The notes beneath the pieces were generated by a model. The model had not been told where the DNA came from, ran no database searches, and saw only the letters and a program-made list of their open reading frames with translations. From positions 56,668,001 through 56,732,000 of the forward strand of contig OZ076421.1 in NCBI GenBank assembly GCA_964187785.1: 64,000 nt of DNA. Reading direction: 5' to 3'. Numbering within the stretch: the stretch's first letter is position 1; each line of letters starts with the position of its first letter. This DNA is from Amphiscolops sp. MND2022 (taxonomy: Eukaryota). Positions 1-11,300 of the stretch are shown here, in pieces. A program made the translations under genes and the position numbers.

Positions 1-65
1 ATCCATGCCTTCAAACCACTTTCACATACTGTTCTACCCTCCCCCAATTTTCAGGGACCGAGAAT

Positions 66-1020
66 TTGATAAAAAAGTCTGTTTCTCAAACGCTATCCAA
101 TGTAAAAAAAGCTAAAGTCAAACCACTAACTGTCTCCCAACCAGAAACTTTTATAAAAACGGAAACCTCATTTTTCCACGATGAATCGCTGATTATCAGA
201 GGCGAAAGTTTACAGACGCTGATCAAAGTGAAAACAACTGAGACTTTGGGCTATAACTTTGTATCTTTATGGGAAATCGAAACAGTCAACTCATTTGGAA
301 ACTGTACCGAGAACGAGAAGGGCCCCTTTCAAGGACACAATCATTTGTTACATCAATTTTCTCCAACGGGGGATGGGGCGACTTTTTGTTATGGAGCACA
401 GTCGAACGATGGATATTGACTTGGGTGTTTCAATTGCTCAATGCACACGCTACGAGTGTCTCTATCAACTATTACCTGCAACACAAGACGACCAAAGCAG
501 AAACTCTCAATTATTTTCTCTCTTCAATAAAGACACTATATTTGATATTTCGTTTTGGTAAAAGCTTCTAGAAAACAGTTGAATCCATTAAAATTCATTT
601 CACGAAGCGAATTTGTTTTCAGCGCGAGAACTTAGTGAGAACTTTAACGCCGTAAATTATTTGTTCCCAAAAAACACTACCACTAAGAACGCAATCCTAG
701 CAACGTGCCGTTATCTTGATGAAAATGTTGCTTTGAAAAAGGTCAATGCATTACCCCACTCTGGCGGGAAAATTGGACCGGGAGACAGCAAACTAGACAA
801 CTATTTCAATTGTTGGAAAATCTTGAGATTGTATGCAATTTTCCAAGATGCTCTTGGCTACATGAGAAGTTTTGAGAACGTTGTGCCTGGTTACGTTTAC
901 CCCATTACAAAAACACAGTCCTTCCGCAACAATATGCTTCTGAGACATATCTCCGGAATAGCCTTTTGGACGTTTGTCAAACTTTTCCATCGCGAACATT
1001 CCGATTCATTCCGTTTCTGA
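66..1020 (+). pseudogene. Fragmented ORF(s) of unknown function inside the Maverick
   Basis: Overlapping frames 66-419, 269-571 and 613-1020 on the same strand as the downstream viral genes. No motif recognised. Confidence 0.3.
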
Positions 1021-1151
1021 ACTTTCATTTCTTATCTTCAACCTTTTGAGTTCGGTCGCAACAGACCTAGAGGAAAAACGTTACATTCCAAACACTAACG
1101 ATTATGAGCACAACCGATACATGTCAGAGCAGTGGATATTGTAGCGAGTAG

Positions 1152-1460
1152 ATGTTGAACGAAAACCCCCGAGATCAACAAGACCAAATTGACTACGCTG
1201 ATTTGTCGGTTCCAAATCTTGAAAGGGTACTTTTCGATAACACTGATCACGAAAAACCTTCTTTCAACTTTGATTGCAGTGACTCAAACGTGGAGAGATC
1301 GTTACTCCTAGTTTCCTTTCTTTTTGCTATCATACTCACAGTAATATCATCTTGTATAATTTTTCTGTCTCTTTGTGACACAGGGAGCAAGTTTGCATCA
1401 GGCGTCTTGGCACTTTTATCAGCTCGCGTTGGACACATTATACCCAGTCCAAAACGATGA
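1152..1460 (+). CDS. Small two-TM membrane protein (Maverick accessory)
   Basis: Open 102-aa ORF with an acidic N-terminus, then hydrophobic LLLVSFLFAIILTVISSCIIFLSL and GVLALLSARVGHIIPSP. Its TGA overlaps the ATPase ATG (ATGA 1457-1460). Confidence 0.55.
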   Translation: MLNENPRDQQDQIDYADLSVPNLERVLFDNTDHEKPSFNFDCSDSNVERSLLLVSFLFAIILTVISSCIIFLSLCDTGSKFASGVLALLSARVGHIIPSPKR

Positions 1461-2065
1461 ACAAAAAGAGCAGCACTTACCCGCATTGCTTCAGTTCAGT
1501 CGCCGACCCCGCTGGCTGTGGCAAGACGGGCTTGATTGCAAAGATGATTTCTAACCAAAAAAAATTTTCTGACAATCTTTCGGTAGAATAAAATATTTTT
1601 ACAAGAATATTACGAAAACCTTAGATTTGAGTGTTTGACTAAAGCCGTCGATCGGACCTTGTTCAAGGCTTGGAGTTGAATGCTGTCGAGCGAAGCTAGG
1701 CTTTGAAACAGAGAACTCTTCTTGTTATTGACGACTTGTTTGATGAAGCTGCTCAATCTAAAGAATTTCTAGACCTAGTTATTGCTGGGGGCCACAAAAC
1801 CGTATACCTAATGGTTCTGCGACATAACTTTTTCCAACAATGCAAAAAAAATCGAAGAAGATCATTTTGAATGCTATCAGAGGACGCTCTAGTAGCCCAG
1901 TTGAATTTAATTTCAAGGTACCCCACTGAAAATGAGATCAACAAAAGCAGTGAAAAAGTGAATGAAGCACGCCAAAAACCCTCCGATCAAGTTTTATTGA
2001 ATTTACGCGAATCTGGCCTCACGGGTGGTAAGGTACAGAGGTCGACAATTTTTGAAAAGGATTGA
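1457..2065 (+). pseudogene. FtsK/A32-like DNA packaging ATPase
   Basis: Not called by the ORF track. Manual translation from ATG 1457 gives SVADPAGCGKT (Walker A GxxGxGKT with G>D). A later frame gives LLVIDDLF (Walker B, 1718-1741) and LVIAGGHK...LRHNFFQQ, matching the A32 family GRH...QN motif. Stops and frameshifts present. Confidence 0.88.
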
Positions 2066-2651
2066 AGATTGTGAACGAACCACAATAGATGATACCAATC
2101 ATACTATGACTTTGGATCAACAGGATACTGGAATCAGTGTAGTTGAGTTTCTGTCTGCACTGCAGGTCAATACCAAACAGCTGCCGAAAAAGTTGCTAAT
2201 TTTGGTTGAAGTTCTCAGATTTCCACAATTGTTACTGACCAACACCTATGCTAGGCATACTAGCAGTCAGAATCAACATCAAATGAGACTTGCCGCTGCT
2301 GCTTCGCATTTCAAGAAACAGAAACATGATCAGCACCTAATCAGTGACTCAAAAATTTTTGAGAATGTGGAAGCAAAAAGTGGTTCTGAGAAAAAACAAA
2401 AAAACCTCGGCGAAGGATCCAAAAAAATTCTATCACTTTGGTGCCACGTTTGCGGATGGATTCACTTCAAGTGTATCGGGCTAACAGACAGCAAAGATTA
2501 TCACGACAATTTTATGTGTTCACAATGTAGAGAAAGTAGAGCCTTGCTCGATGATAAAAAAGACGGAGACTATGCAGCTGTGTTCCAAACATTCATGATC
2601 ACTACACGAACCCTAGAAAAAAATCAGCTAATGGGAGCAGACGAAGCTTGA
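2025..2651 (+). CDS. Maverick ORF with C-terminal PHD-finger-like motif
   Basis: 208-aa frame containing WCHVCGWIHFKCIGLTDSKDYHDNFMCSQC (2439-2528), i.e. 6 of the 8 C4HC3 ligands plus the typical W-x-H-x-x-C-x-G-L core. Confidence 0.6.
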   Translation: MVRYRGRQFLKRIEDCERTTIDDTNHTMTLDQQDTGISVVEFLSALQVNTKQLPKKLLILVEVLRFPQLLLTNTYARHTSSQNQHQMRLAAAASHFKKQKHDQHLISDSKIFENVEAKSGSEKKQKNLGEGSKKILSLWCHVCGWIHFKCIGLTDSKDYHDNFMCSQCRESRALLDDKKDGDYAAVFQTFMITTRTLEKNQLMGADEA

Positions 2652-2659
2652 TTACTTGT

Positions 2660-3522
2660 TACAAGATGTAGACCGTTATTCAAACTCGAGCGAAACACAA
2701 AATTCAAATTGACCCGAAAACATTTTCCACGGGTAAAAGTTATTAGCTATAGGCTGAACGAAACTTGGTCAATAGACTTGGCAGACATGCAACAACTTGC
2801 AAACAGTAATACCGGCATCAGATACCTATTCGTGGCTGTTGACGTCCTGAGTCGTTACATATGAGTTGAACCCATCGAGGTGAAAACGGCCCATGCATGT
2901 AGGGAAGCTTTGAAGAAAGTATTTGCCTAGAATGACAAGTCACCACAACCCAAAATTTGCCGTGAAACACATCAACCAAAAAATTTGGGTTGATAAGGGT
3001 CGTGAATTCTCGGGCGACCTTGCTACTTTCTGCAGTCAAAAGGGAATTGAGATTTATTCCACCAAAATTGAGACAAAATCTGAATTAGCCGTAAGAAATA
3101 TAAGATCTCTGAAGTCGTTAATTTTCAAATACATGCACGAACATGACCAATGTAGATATTTTGACAAACTTGACCAATTTGTGGCATTCACTAACAATCG
3201 AGTGAACCGCATGACAAAGTTGGCGCCGGTTTCAGTTTCACAAAAGGACGTCAACTGTTTAGTTTCTCTCTGTCACACGAACGCTCAAAAGGAGCCAAAA
3301 TTCTTAATTGGACACCAAGTTCGCATTAGGCGCAAGATTGACACATTTCATCGATCTTACAAGATGCAATCCACAGAACTGTTTACAATTGCGGTAATAC
3401 CAACAAACAACCTCCAACTTATATTGTCGATGACTACGACGGATAATTTTACAAACCTGAACTCGTGCGATTCGCTCCAAATTGACTTTGTCAATGATGG
3501 ACAAGCTATCAGAAATTGTTGA
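2660..3522 (+). pseudogene. Retroviral-like DDE integrase (Maverick c-integrase)
   Basis: WSIDLADMQ...RYLFVAVDVLSRY (first D; not in ORF track), KIWVDKGREF (second D), AVRNIRSLK (E-helix region, degenerate), NNRVNRMTKLAP and KFLIGHQVRI. Stop and frameshifts present. Confidence 0.92.
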
Positions 3523-4511
3523 GCATTCAAGTTGCAGTCAAGAACTTACCATGAATCTCATTTCAAATGCTTCCGTGGAGACTTTTCCCGAAAACACATT
3601 GTTTTTCGACTCTTTTACCGACACCAAATCATCTTTCGGGAGAGTGGTTGGTGGCTTTACTGGAGATTGCTTGGCCCAATAGCGTTCAAGATGTTACCCT
3701 GGGAGAATTTACGGTATACAACCGAAACATCCAGCCACCGGTCGAGAAGCGACCACGCAAGCACAACCGACCCAGTGCGATTTCAATGGCGATTCCTGCA
3801 GCATTCGATCGTCAATCTCATTCGACTCTCACGTTTTACGCTGCTCCTCTGTAAAGCACCGCAAAACTGGGAAGTTATTCATCCGTGGATTCAATTTTGG
3901 CATCAATCACAAAAATTGCCATGGGAGAGAAACAAAATGGATGAAAACAAAACCCATCGTCCCCTGACAATGTCGCGTCATTTTTGTTGTGGAAAGTTGA
4001 CAATGTAACCAGAAAACACAAGTAAACTTTTACGGAAATCACGAACGAACAACATGGATTGAGAATTTTTACCGAGTCCAATGATTCGCGAAACATTTTG
4101 GGCACGAATTTAACCGTTGATTGAGGTGAGTCCCATAGAGAAGCTGAAGAACGGGTCTGCTATTCAGAATCTCCATCAATCACAATTGTTAATGTTGGAA
4201 AATGGCCAGTTGACTTGAATGCAGGCAGCCGTGCCATGTTTTTGTATTGCGACCTCGTACAAAACCAAACATTGGGCAACAAGCAGGCGGCACTCTTGCG
4301 ATCGATTCCCGTTAAAAATTTAGCATTGGCGCAGACCTTGGGAGAGATGAATCACAAACGTTTCATCAATCTGCAGTGGAAACGCGTCGTAAAACCGCAA
4401 TTTCAGTCAATCAACGTTACTCTCGCTAATGAAATGGGTCAAAAAGTGCCCTTTTTGAGTTGCGGTCGCATCAATGTGACTTTGGCTTTCAGGCCAACAC
4501 CTCGACACTGA
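3494..4511 (+). pseudogene. Minor capsid protein (penton-like)
   Basis: N-terminal LISNASVETFPENT...LSGEWLVALLEIAWP and C-terminal FLYCDLVQNQTLGNKQAALLRSIP...VTLAFR, typical Polinton minor-capsid termini. Frameshifted. Confidence 0.8.
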
Positions 4512-4588
4512 TCAGACATCATTGATCCTGAAAATTGTGAGAAGTACAGTCGCTCAAACTGAATAATTTTAATTTGATTGGTTCCTCA

Positions 4589-5100
4589 ATGGATGCTCAT
4601 TACGATTCACAAATTCAAGCCAATACTCAGCCAGGCAGATGGGACCAGCCAGGCAGATGGGATCTGGGGGTGGCATTGGAGCTTTTGCTGGGTCGTGAAG
4701 CCCTTCCTCTAGTTAGAAAGTACATCTTACGTGTAGCAAAACAAGTCGGCAAAAACTTGATAGAAAGCGCCGTTCCTGAAATTGGAGAGATTTTGACAGG
4801 TAAGAAAAAACCTAGTCGTAAACTATTGACGAATATCGCTAAAAGGCCTGCCATAAAAACTGTGAAAACAAACTTTCCGAGCGGAGTTGAACTTCGGCCG
4901 TGCGGAGGAGGCGGCTGCGAGCGGAAACCCGAACCGCGGCGGTCGGTGGCGAAGGTAAAGGACGAAACGTCAAACAATCATCAGGCAAAAGAAAACGAAG
5001 TAATAGTCGTTCAAGCTTTTCAAAGAAAGCACGCGCCAAGAGAAGTCGGTCCGACATTTTGTCTGAAATTCACTTTTCCCAATAGAGAAAACTTCTGGGA
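4589..5100 (+). pseudogene. Basic core (pVII-like) protein
   Basis: MDAHYDSQ, a shifted-frame RQMGSGGGIGAFA, then GREALPLVRKYILRVAKQVGKNLI and a K/R-rich tail. Located between the minor and major capsid genes. End coordinate approximate. Confidence 0.55.
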
Positions 5101-5138
5101 TAGACAGCATCAGTTAACAACCTGTTGGTGGGAATTCC

Positions 5139-6442
5139 ATGGAAATTGCAAAACCAGTGACACGCAGCGCCCTAGACTGTTTCGAAAAGCCTGAAGTAAT
5201 GATAAAAGACGAACGAGCATACGATCAAGAAGTATTTCCCCATGTTGGTTGTGGCGGACCACAGTTGGATTTCTTTGAAGCCGCTGAAGCAAAAAAATTG
5301 AATAACTTGAATCGCATTGTTCTCAGTGTTGAGGTGACAATCTATTAGGAGGATGGAAAAACAAAGGCAAAATCAGGTGACTTTGAAGCAGTCTTTTCCA
5401 ACAATACACTCCACACGCCCTTTTTGCATGCAGAATTGTATCTCAATGGAAAGTTGATTTCTCACAGCAACAATTGCTACTTACATTCCGCCTTTGTGGA
5501 AGCTGAATTAACCACCGACACTGATATTAAAGCTTCGTGAGCCAAATGTCAAGGCTACAACTGTTTAGCCAAGTCCAATGAGAAAGATCAAATGTTTAAC
5601 AGGCTTGCAGTTGATTTTGACCAACTGAAGGTTCGCAAAATGTAGTTATGTGGTGCTCTCCACATTGATTTTCGGGATTGGGAAAATATTTTTATGCCCA
5701 ATGTCACTTTGCAAATTCGTCTTTACCGCTCGCCCAACAACACAATCATCTATCTCAAAGGCACAGATGACGAAGCGAAAGCGCAAGATGGAAAACTTTT
5801 AGCCATTGTCGAGAAGGCTTCGTTTTTATTGAGGAAGGTTGTAGTGACTGATAGTGTCAAAATGTCGATAGAGAGAGCACTGGTGAAAAGTGATGCAGTG
5901 TATTCCTACATTGAGAGTTTGAACGAAAGTTTCATTATTCAAGTCGGGCAAAATTGTTTCATAAAGGAAAAGGTTTTTGGCACTGTGCCAATTCGACGAA
6001 TAACTTTGTGCGTGGTTTGAAACTCCTTGTTTCTTAGCACGCCACTAAACGAGTCTCCATTCTCATACCAAAACATAAAAATGCAGAGAGTGGAAATTCA
6101 AAGGGCCAATGGTGTACTTTTAGCTGGGACACCTTTGGATACTACCAACAATGTGAGATTGTACTACAATACGACAATCGCTCTTGGATTCACCCAAAAG
6201 AGTACCGGCATCAGCCATGAGGACTATACAGACAACCATTACTGCTCGTATTCCACTTGTCATCAACTGAAGAAGCTATCAATACTTTCACAATTTTCTC
6301 CAGGCTAACAGGATCCCGTTTGACTCCAAAGCTGTACTTTGAGAAAGCACTCGACAATGCTATTGGACTCTTTTTGATTGGAGAGCGATTTAGCCAGGTG
6401 TTTATTGACTCAACGCGCAACATCAAGAAAAAGTCTGTTTGA
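5139..6442 (+). pseudogene. Major capsid protein (double jelly-roll)
   Basis: Fragments ALDCFEKPEV...GPQLDF, LQIRLYRS...LLRKVVV...SIERAL, SPFSYQ...GTPLDT...RLYYNTTIALGF and LFLIGERFSQVFID, typical of Polinton MCP. Several frameshifts. Confidence 0.88.
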
Positions 6443-6921
6443 TGGGTAATTCATTAAAACAGCAGATTGTTCTACACAATCGACATTTGAAAACAAGCTT
6501 TGCTGTTGTTTGGTCTGCGGAAAACAGCCAGGATGGATTCAACAACGGATATATTTGCGGAGAAGATCAACACGTTCTTTCTATTTTAGACCTCGTTTGG
6601 TTTGGTCCCAAATTGTTATCACTGCCCCATTGGGCGCAGTAGGAATACACTGGCTGCTCCTGGGAGCCGTGTCGACACAATACAGGAAAATTAGGTTTTT
6701 GTTTGGGATTGTCTAGGTCAATCCTTGTCACGTTGCAAAATTTTCTCTCAGCGTTTGAAGTTGCTGTCGGAAAAACAGGGTTCTCTACAATCAACATGAC
6801 CCTTCAAAACGCCAGCTCAAAAATGTGCGGTCTCTATTGTCTGTTCATGATTGACTACAAGAAACCCTACAAAGGCAAACAAGGAAATCGATCAAGAACT
6901 CAAGCACTTTACGGAATTTGA
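6442..6921 (+). pseudogene. Adenain-family cysteine (maturation) protease
   Basis: Catalytic residues in order: GIHW (H 6648), WDCLG (D 6707), LQ (Q 6805), MCGLYC (C 6826). The ATG overlaps the MCP stop (TGATG 6440-6444). Frameshifted. Confidence 0.85.
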
Positions 6922-7451
6922 AATAATTCGGCACTTGAGCAAATTTTTCGTCGTTTCTGCGTTGAATAAAAGTCTCCATTAAATAGAGAACCAAAGTCGT
7001 CAGTCGACTCCTGTGCCTCAAAATCAATGAAAAGACAATCAAAGTAGGCATCGTGCTGCTCAAAAGCCAAGTCGTCAGATATAGTGTCCCAGTCAACGAC
7101 ATCTCAAAATTCTTCATCATCGTTAGATCAAGAAGCTGATTGATAGAAGCCAGGATCGGGCACATCAAAATTAAACAATGGAGTTGATATCATGGAAGAA
7201 TACCAAGTGATCGATACATTAGGAATAAAAAGGTACCAACTGAAGTTTGCGAAGCCAGATTTCAAAGCTTGTTTTAGAGGACTCGAGTAGCTCGAAGCAC
7301 GCGACGAGTAGCTGTCACCGAGAGAGTCTTTGTCATTATTGAGGGAGTTGATATCAGAATCACTTTCAGAGTGGGGAACTACTGCTGCTGCATGTCACTG
7401 ATTTATCACAATCACTGGAAGAGTCCATATCTTCGTCAGAAGCAACATCGA

Positions 7452-10400
7452 CTAAAATGTCACACTTTCATCACACGAAAAACTGTTTTTAAAAAAGCAG
7501 GAAAATATACCTCGATCTGGAACTGGAATGGCATAATGACCATACGCTGGCGAGGCAATCCCATCATTCAAAATGTACCGCTTGTCGTCAAAAGCACTCA
7601 AGGCTATTTTCTCAACAGAATTAACAACAATTTGGTAATTGAAGGACTTGAGTTGAAACATGGTCTTGGTTACTTGTTCTTTCGAGAGGAGGCACTTTTT
7701 GAAAAGGTCATGATGCAACGTTTTTTTTTCACACACTTGGCAACACCTTTGGAACTCTGTTTCTTCCCACCCATGAAGTCGATGTTTTATAATTTGGATC
7801 TGATACAGACAACTTCCCTGAGAACTTTACCTTGGAGGGAACTTTACCCATTATAGTGGAAGGGACTTTTTTGTTTGTTGGATCATAAAGAAAGTGGTCT
7901 TGAGGATAATCAGACATGTCGAGATGGTAGTTGAAACACGGCCATGTCTTCATACACATTTTCTGTTTCAACGCAGTAAAGCAGCGAATCGGTGTCTTTG
8001 TAGGCCAGTTTCAATTCAGCTGCCGAATAGCGAGGTACCATTTGCTCATAATGGAATTTGTAAAGCGAAAGTTTGGACAAATGAAGAATTGATGCTCCCA
8101 ACGGAGTTGGTTTGTCCAATAGGACACTGCTTGTTTTGAATGATACGATGACCAGATTTTCATTGACTTTATTGAATGATTTGAAAGATGGTTTTGGAAT
8201 CATTGATTCAGCTCGTTGAACGTTTCCCGCAAAAACAATTTTACTTCGTTTGCGCAGATTCTCCATTTTCCGAAACAAGCGTTGCTCATTAGCTTGAAAA
8301 TTTTTTTCACAGTCAATTTCAGCCTGCTTACGCATGATGGTATTTTTCTCATCAAACACACCCAACCAACTGCTTCGACTAAACTCGCACACACGATGCA
8401 GTTTTACCACAACTATACCATGCTTCACATAAAATTTCAAATTTTCGTAATGACGGACGTAGTTTTTTTGTCAAAGAGGTTTTCAACCAGCTTAGGCACC
8501 TTGTTCGGCTTCAAACCAAACGATTTTGCATACGCAGAAAGCCATTGAGGCATAATTCGAGGTTTTTCGAGTGCCGAGGGCAAGCCATTGTGAATGTCAT
8601 GAAGTTCTCTTGAATACAGGAGGTCAACTTTGACAAACAAACCGACATCTGCATCAGCGGAAGTATCGAGAATTTGTTGCAATGTTATCGCGGTGTTCCT
8701 TTTATAATTGCTGATATGCATCATTTTCTGCATGGTGCCAGCATAAAGAGACATGACATCGAAAAACGCCCAAAAGTTGTAGCTCTGCTAGGGTTGTGAT
8801 GAGGTAGCAAATCGTTGTTGGCATAGAAATATCGATTCTCGCCAACACCATTGACTCTACCCCGAACTCCACATTCGAAAAACAGAAGTTTGTCGATTTC
8901 ATACAATAAACCCAACTTTGCATCAGTTGAGATGAGCATCGCGTCCCAACTGAGGTTGGTAGCTGAGTAAAAATGGACCGGATCCAGCTTTTACACCCTG
9001 AGACAAACGTTTCTAAATTTTTCAAAAATACCAGCTAACAGAAAAACATCCGTTTGCAAGTAGTAATCTCCCAGATTTCTCCACGCAAAAGCGTCAAAGA
9101 TACTAACAGCTCTATTGTATTGGTCAGGAGTTATATCCACTGTCCCAGTGAGGGTATTTTTCCTTTCCATGCCCAGGGGTGGCAACGGTTCATCAAACTT
9201 TTGGAAGCTGTTCAGAAAGCTGTATGTATAAAAACCTTTTTTGGTGAGTTTTTTGAACACCATCAGGGTACACTGGAAAAATGTTGACCAAGGAGTGCAA
9301 AGTCTTTAGCCTTCATTGTCTTAGCTAATGATTGCAAACTTTGTGACATGAATTGCAAGCTGTCAAGGAATCGCAATGAATGAAACAGTCTGATAATTCT
9401 GTTCTTTTTGTCCGTATAGTTTCCCACCGGCACCGATACGTTAATTGAAGTAAATATCTCATCAGCTCTGGCAAACGCTAAACGTTTTTCACCCTTCTCA
9501 AATTTCAGAATTTTCAAAATATGATGCAAATCATAGCGGGAAAAATTGTGGAAAAATCCAGGCAGGAAAATTGTTGTTCTTGCCTTGCAGGTTGCACTTG
9601 GAGTGGGCCACGCCAGACTTTTCCAGACAAATGGCAATGGTGAATCACCCGTGTGGAAACTATGGCTTCTTTACCGCAGATGCAACACTCGACAAAATGC
9701 ACATTTAGGATCCGTTCGCGCTCACTTTTTGAGATATTAGCCAACGGAACTTTTGCTTTTGTGAGTAACACCAGACAGACCATTTTAGTAAGAAGAATTG
9801 ATATAGAGTTTTGACCACGATAAAAGGATTCTTTCACAACGGCTCTAGCTAAAACAAAAGATGACAATTGAATGATGGTTGATTAATTATTGGAAAATGC
9901 AAATGAAAACACCAACCTTTGTTATCGACCAAAACAGCACCTTAACTACCAGGAAACTGTCGCTCAATCTCACGCGTTTTCGATGAAAGCTGTGGGTTTC
10001 AGACAAACATTAAAAGACTCCAAATCAGTGTACACAACAAATAGACACTGCTGTGTTTTCTACCAATTCACAAACTGGAGTATTCGATCGTCTTTTGGCA
10101 ATAAACTTTCCAAAGGATCATTGGATTCACAGAAACTTGAATGCCTGACCAAATTCTGTTTTAAAACTGGTTGATAACAATTCCGGCAAAAGCGACTTTT
10201 TGGGACACTTGGCCTTTTCTGCGGAGAGCGAGAAAGATGGTGAACAAGGTTTGAAAAATTCTTGATGAGACAATAGTGACTCCGCTTCCCATCAATCAAT
10301 CTCAAAAGATTAACTTTTCTTCTCCGACTTTTGTTTTTGCTACTGTATATTTTGATCAATATCCTCTCATCTAAGTGATAGACATTGAATGAGCATCGGC

Positions 10401-10760
10401 TTCTAACTTCAAAGGATTGAATACAAGAGAGTGGCATGGGCATTTGTTTTGCATTAAATGTAGCTTCTCCACTTTTTAGAAATGTGTTTTGGGTCAAAAG
10501 GCACGACCGACGAAAACGAACAGCCCGCGGCAACTCAATACGGGAAACAGATATTGTCTTTCTTTTTGACTATATTCAAAAAACTTCTTTTTACTTTCTG
10601 CAGGATAGGGGGCTTTTCTTGATTTCAAATCTCTCCATTTTGTCCACAACCCAGCCTGAACCACCAGTAGCAAACACGTTGAGTTCATAAGTTGGCTCAT
10701 AATTTGATCTAAGTGCTCCAAGAACTCCTTTTCAGTTAATTCCAGCGATAGCTTGGCCAT
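7452..10760 (-). pseudogene. Protein-primed family B DNA polymerase (pPolB)
   Basis: FHNFSRYDLHHI (Exo II, ~9521-9553), LRFLDSLQFM, YLQTDVFLLA, KLMSNACFGK (motif B, 8266-8295), YKDTDS (motif C, ~7985-8002), ALSAFDDKRYIL. An N-terminal CCICG...HHCHLSGK segment is also present. Many frameshifts. Confidence 0.95.
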
Positions 10761-10763
10761 GCT

Positions 10764-11300
10764 TTAATTGAGGAAAGCTTCGGCCGAATCGTCAACTAAA
10801 TGTTTGCGTAAACGCACGCTCATTGAAAAACCCATCTTCATGTTGCCTTCGACCTCCAAAATCGAGTTGACTAATCCCATTATTTTGTCCTTCAATGGAA
10901 TTAAGCAATTGAAAGGTTCAATAAACGACGACTCCACAAGGTTCAATCGATGAATTTCGGAATATGATCTCAAAGTTTTCGTTGTGAACTCGATAGTTGA
11001 AATATCTTCTGGAAGAGAGCGTCCGACGTTTTCAGTGGAATGCATCTCCTTTTCGTGTGTAGAAAGAGGAGCAGCAGAGCAACCAAAAAACGTGGGACAC
11101 GCAGAACATTGAAACTGGTTTGTTATTTTATGGACTGAGCGTAAATGTCGCAACAAATTCTTTGATTGAGTGAAGCTTGTAGGGCAGTGTCCACAGTGGA
11201 ATACTTTGGAACTCTGTTGAATTTTACCATGTTTTGTTTTCAAATGATTGCGCAAAGCTCATTGGGAAGCCAAAATCATCCCACGATGTTGACATGAAGA
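10764..11300 (-). pseudogene. C2H2 zinc-finger array upstream of / fused to pPolB
   Basis: CGHCPTSFTQSKNLLRHLRSVH and CSACPTFFGCSAAPLSTHEKEMH, plus a degenerate third finger ending LRNHLKTKH. Confidence 0.75.
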
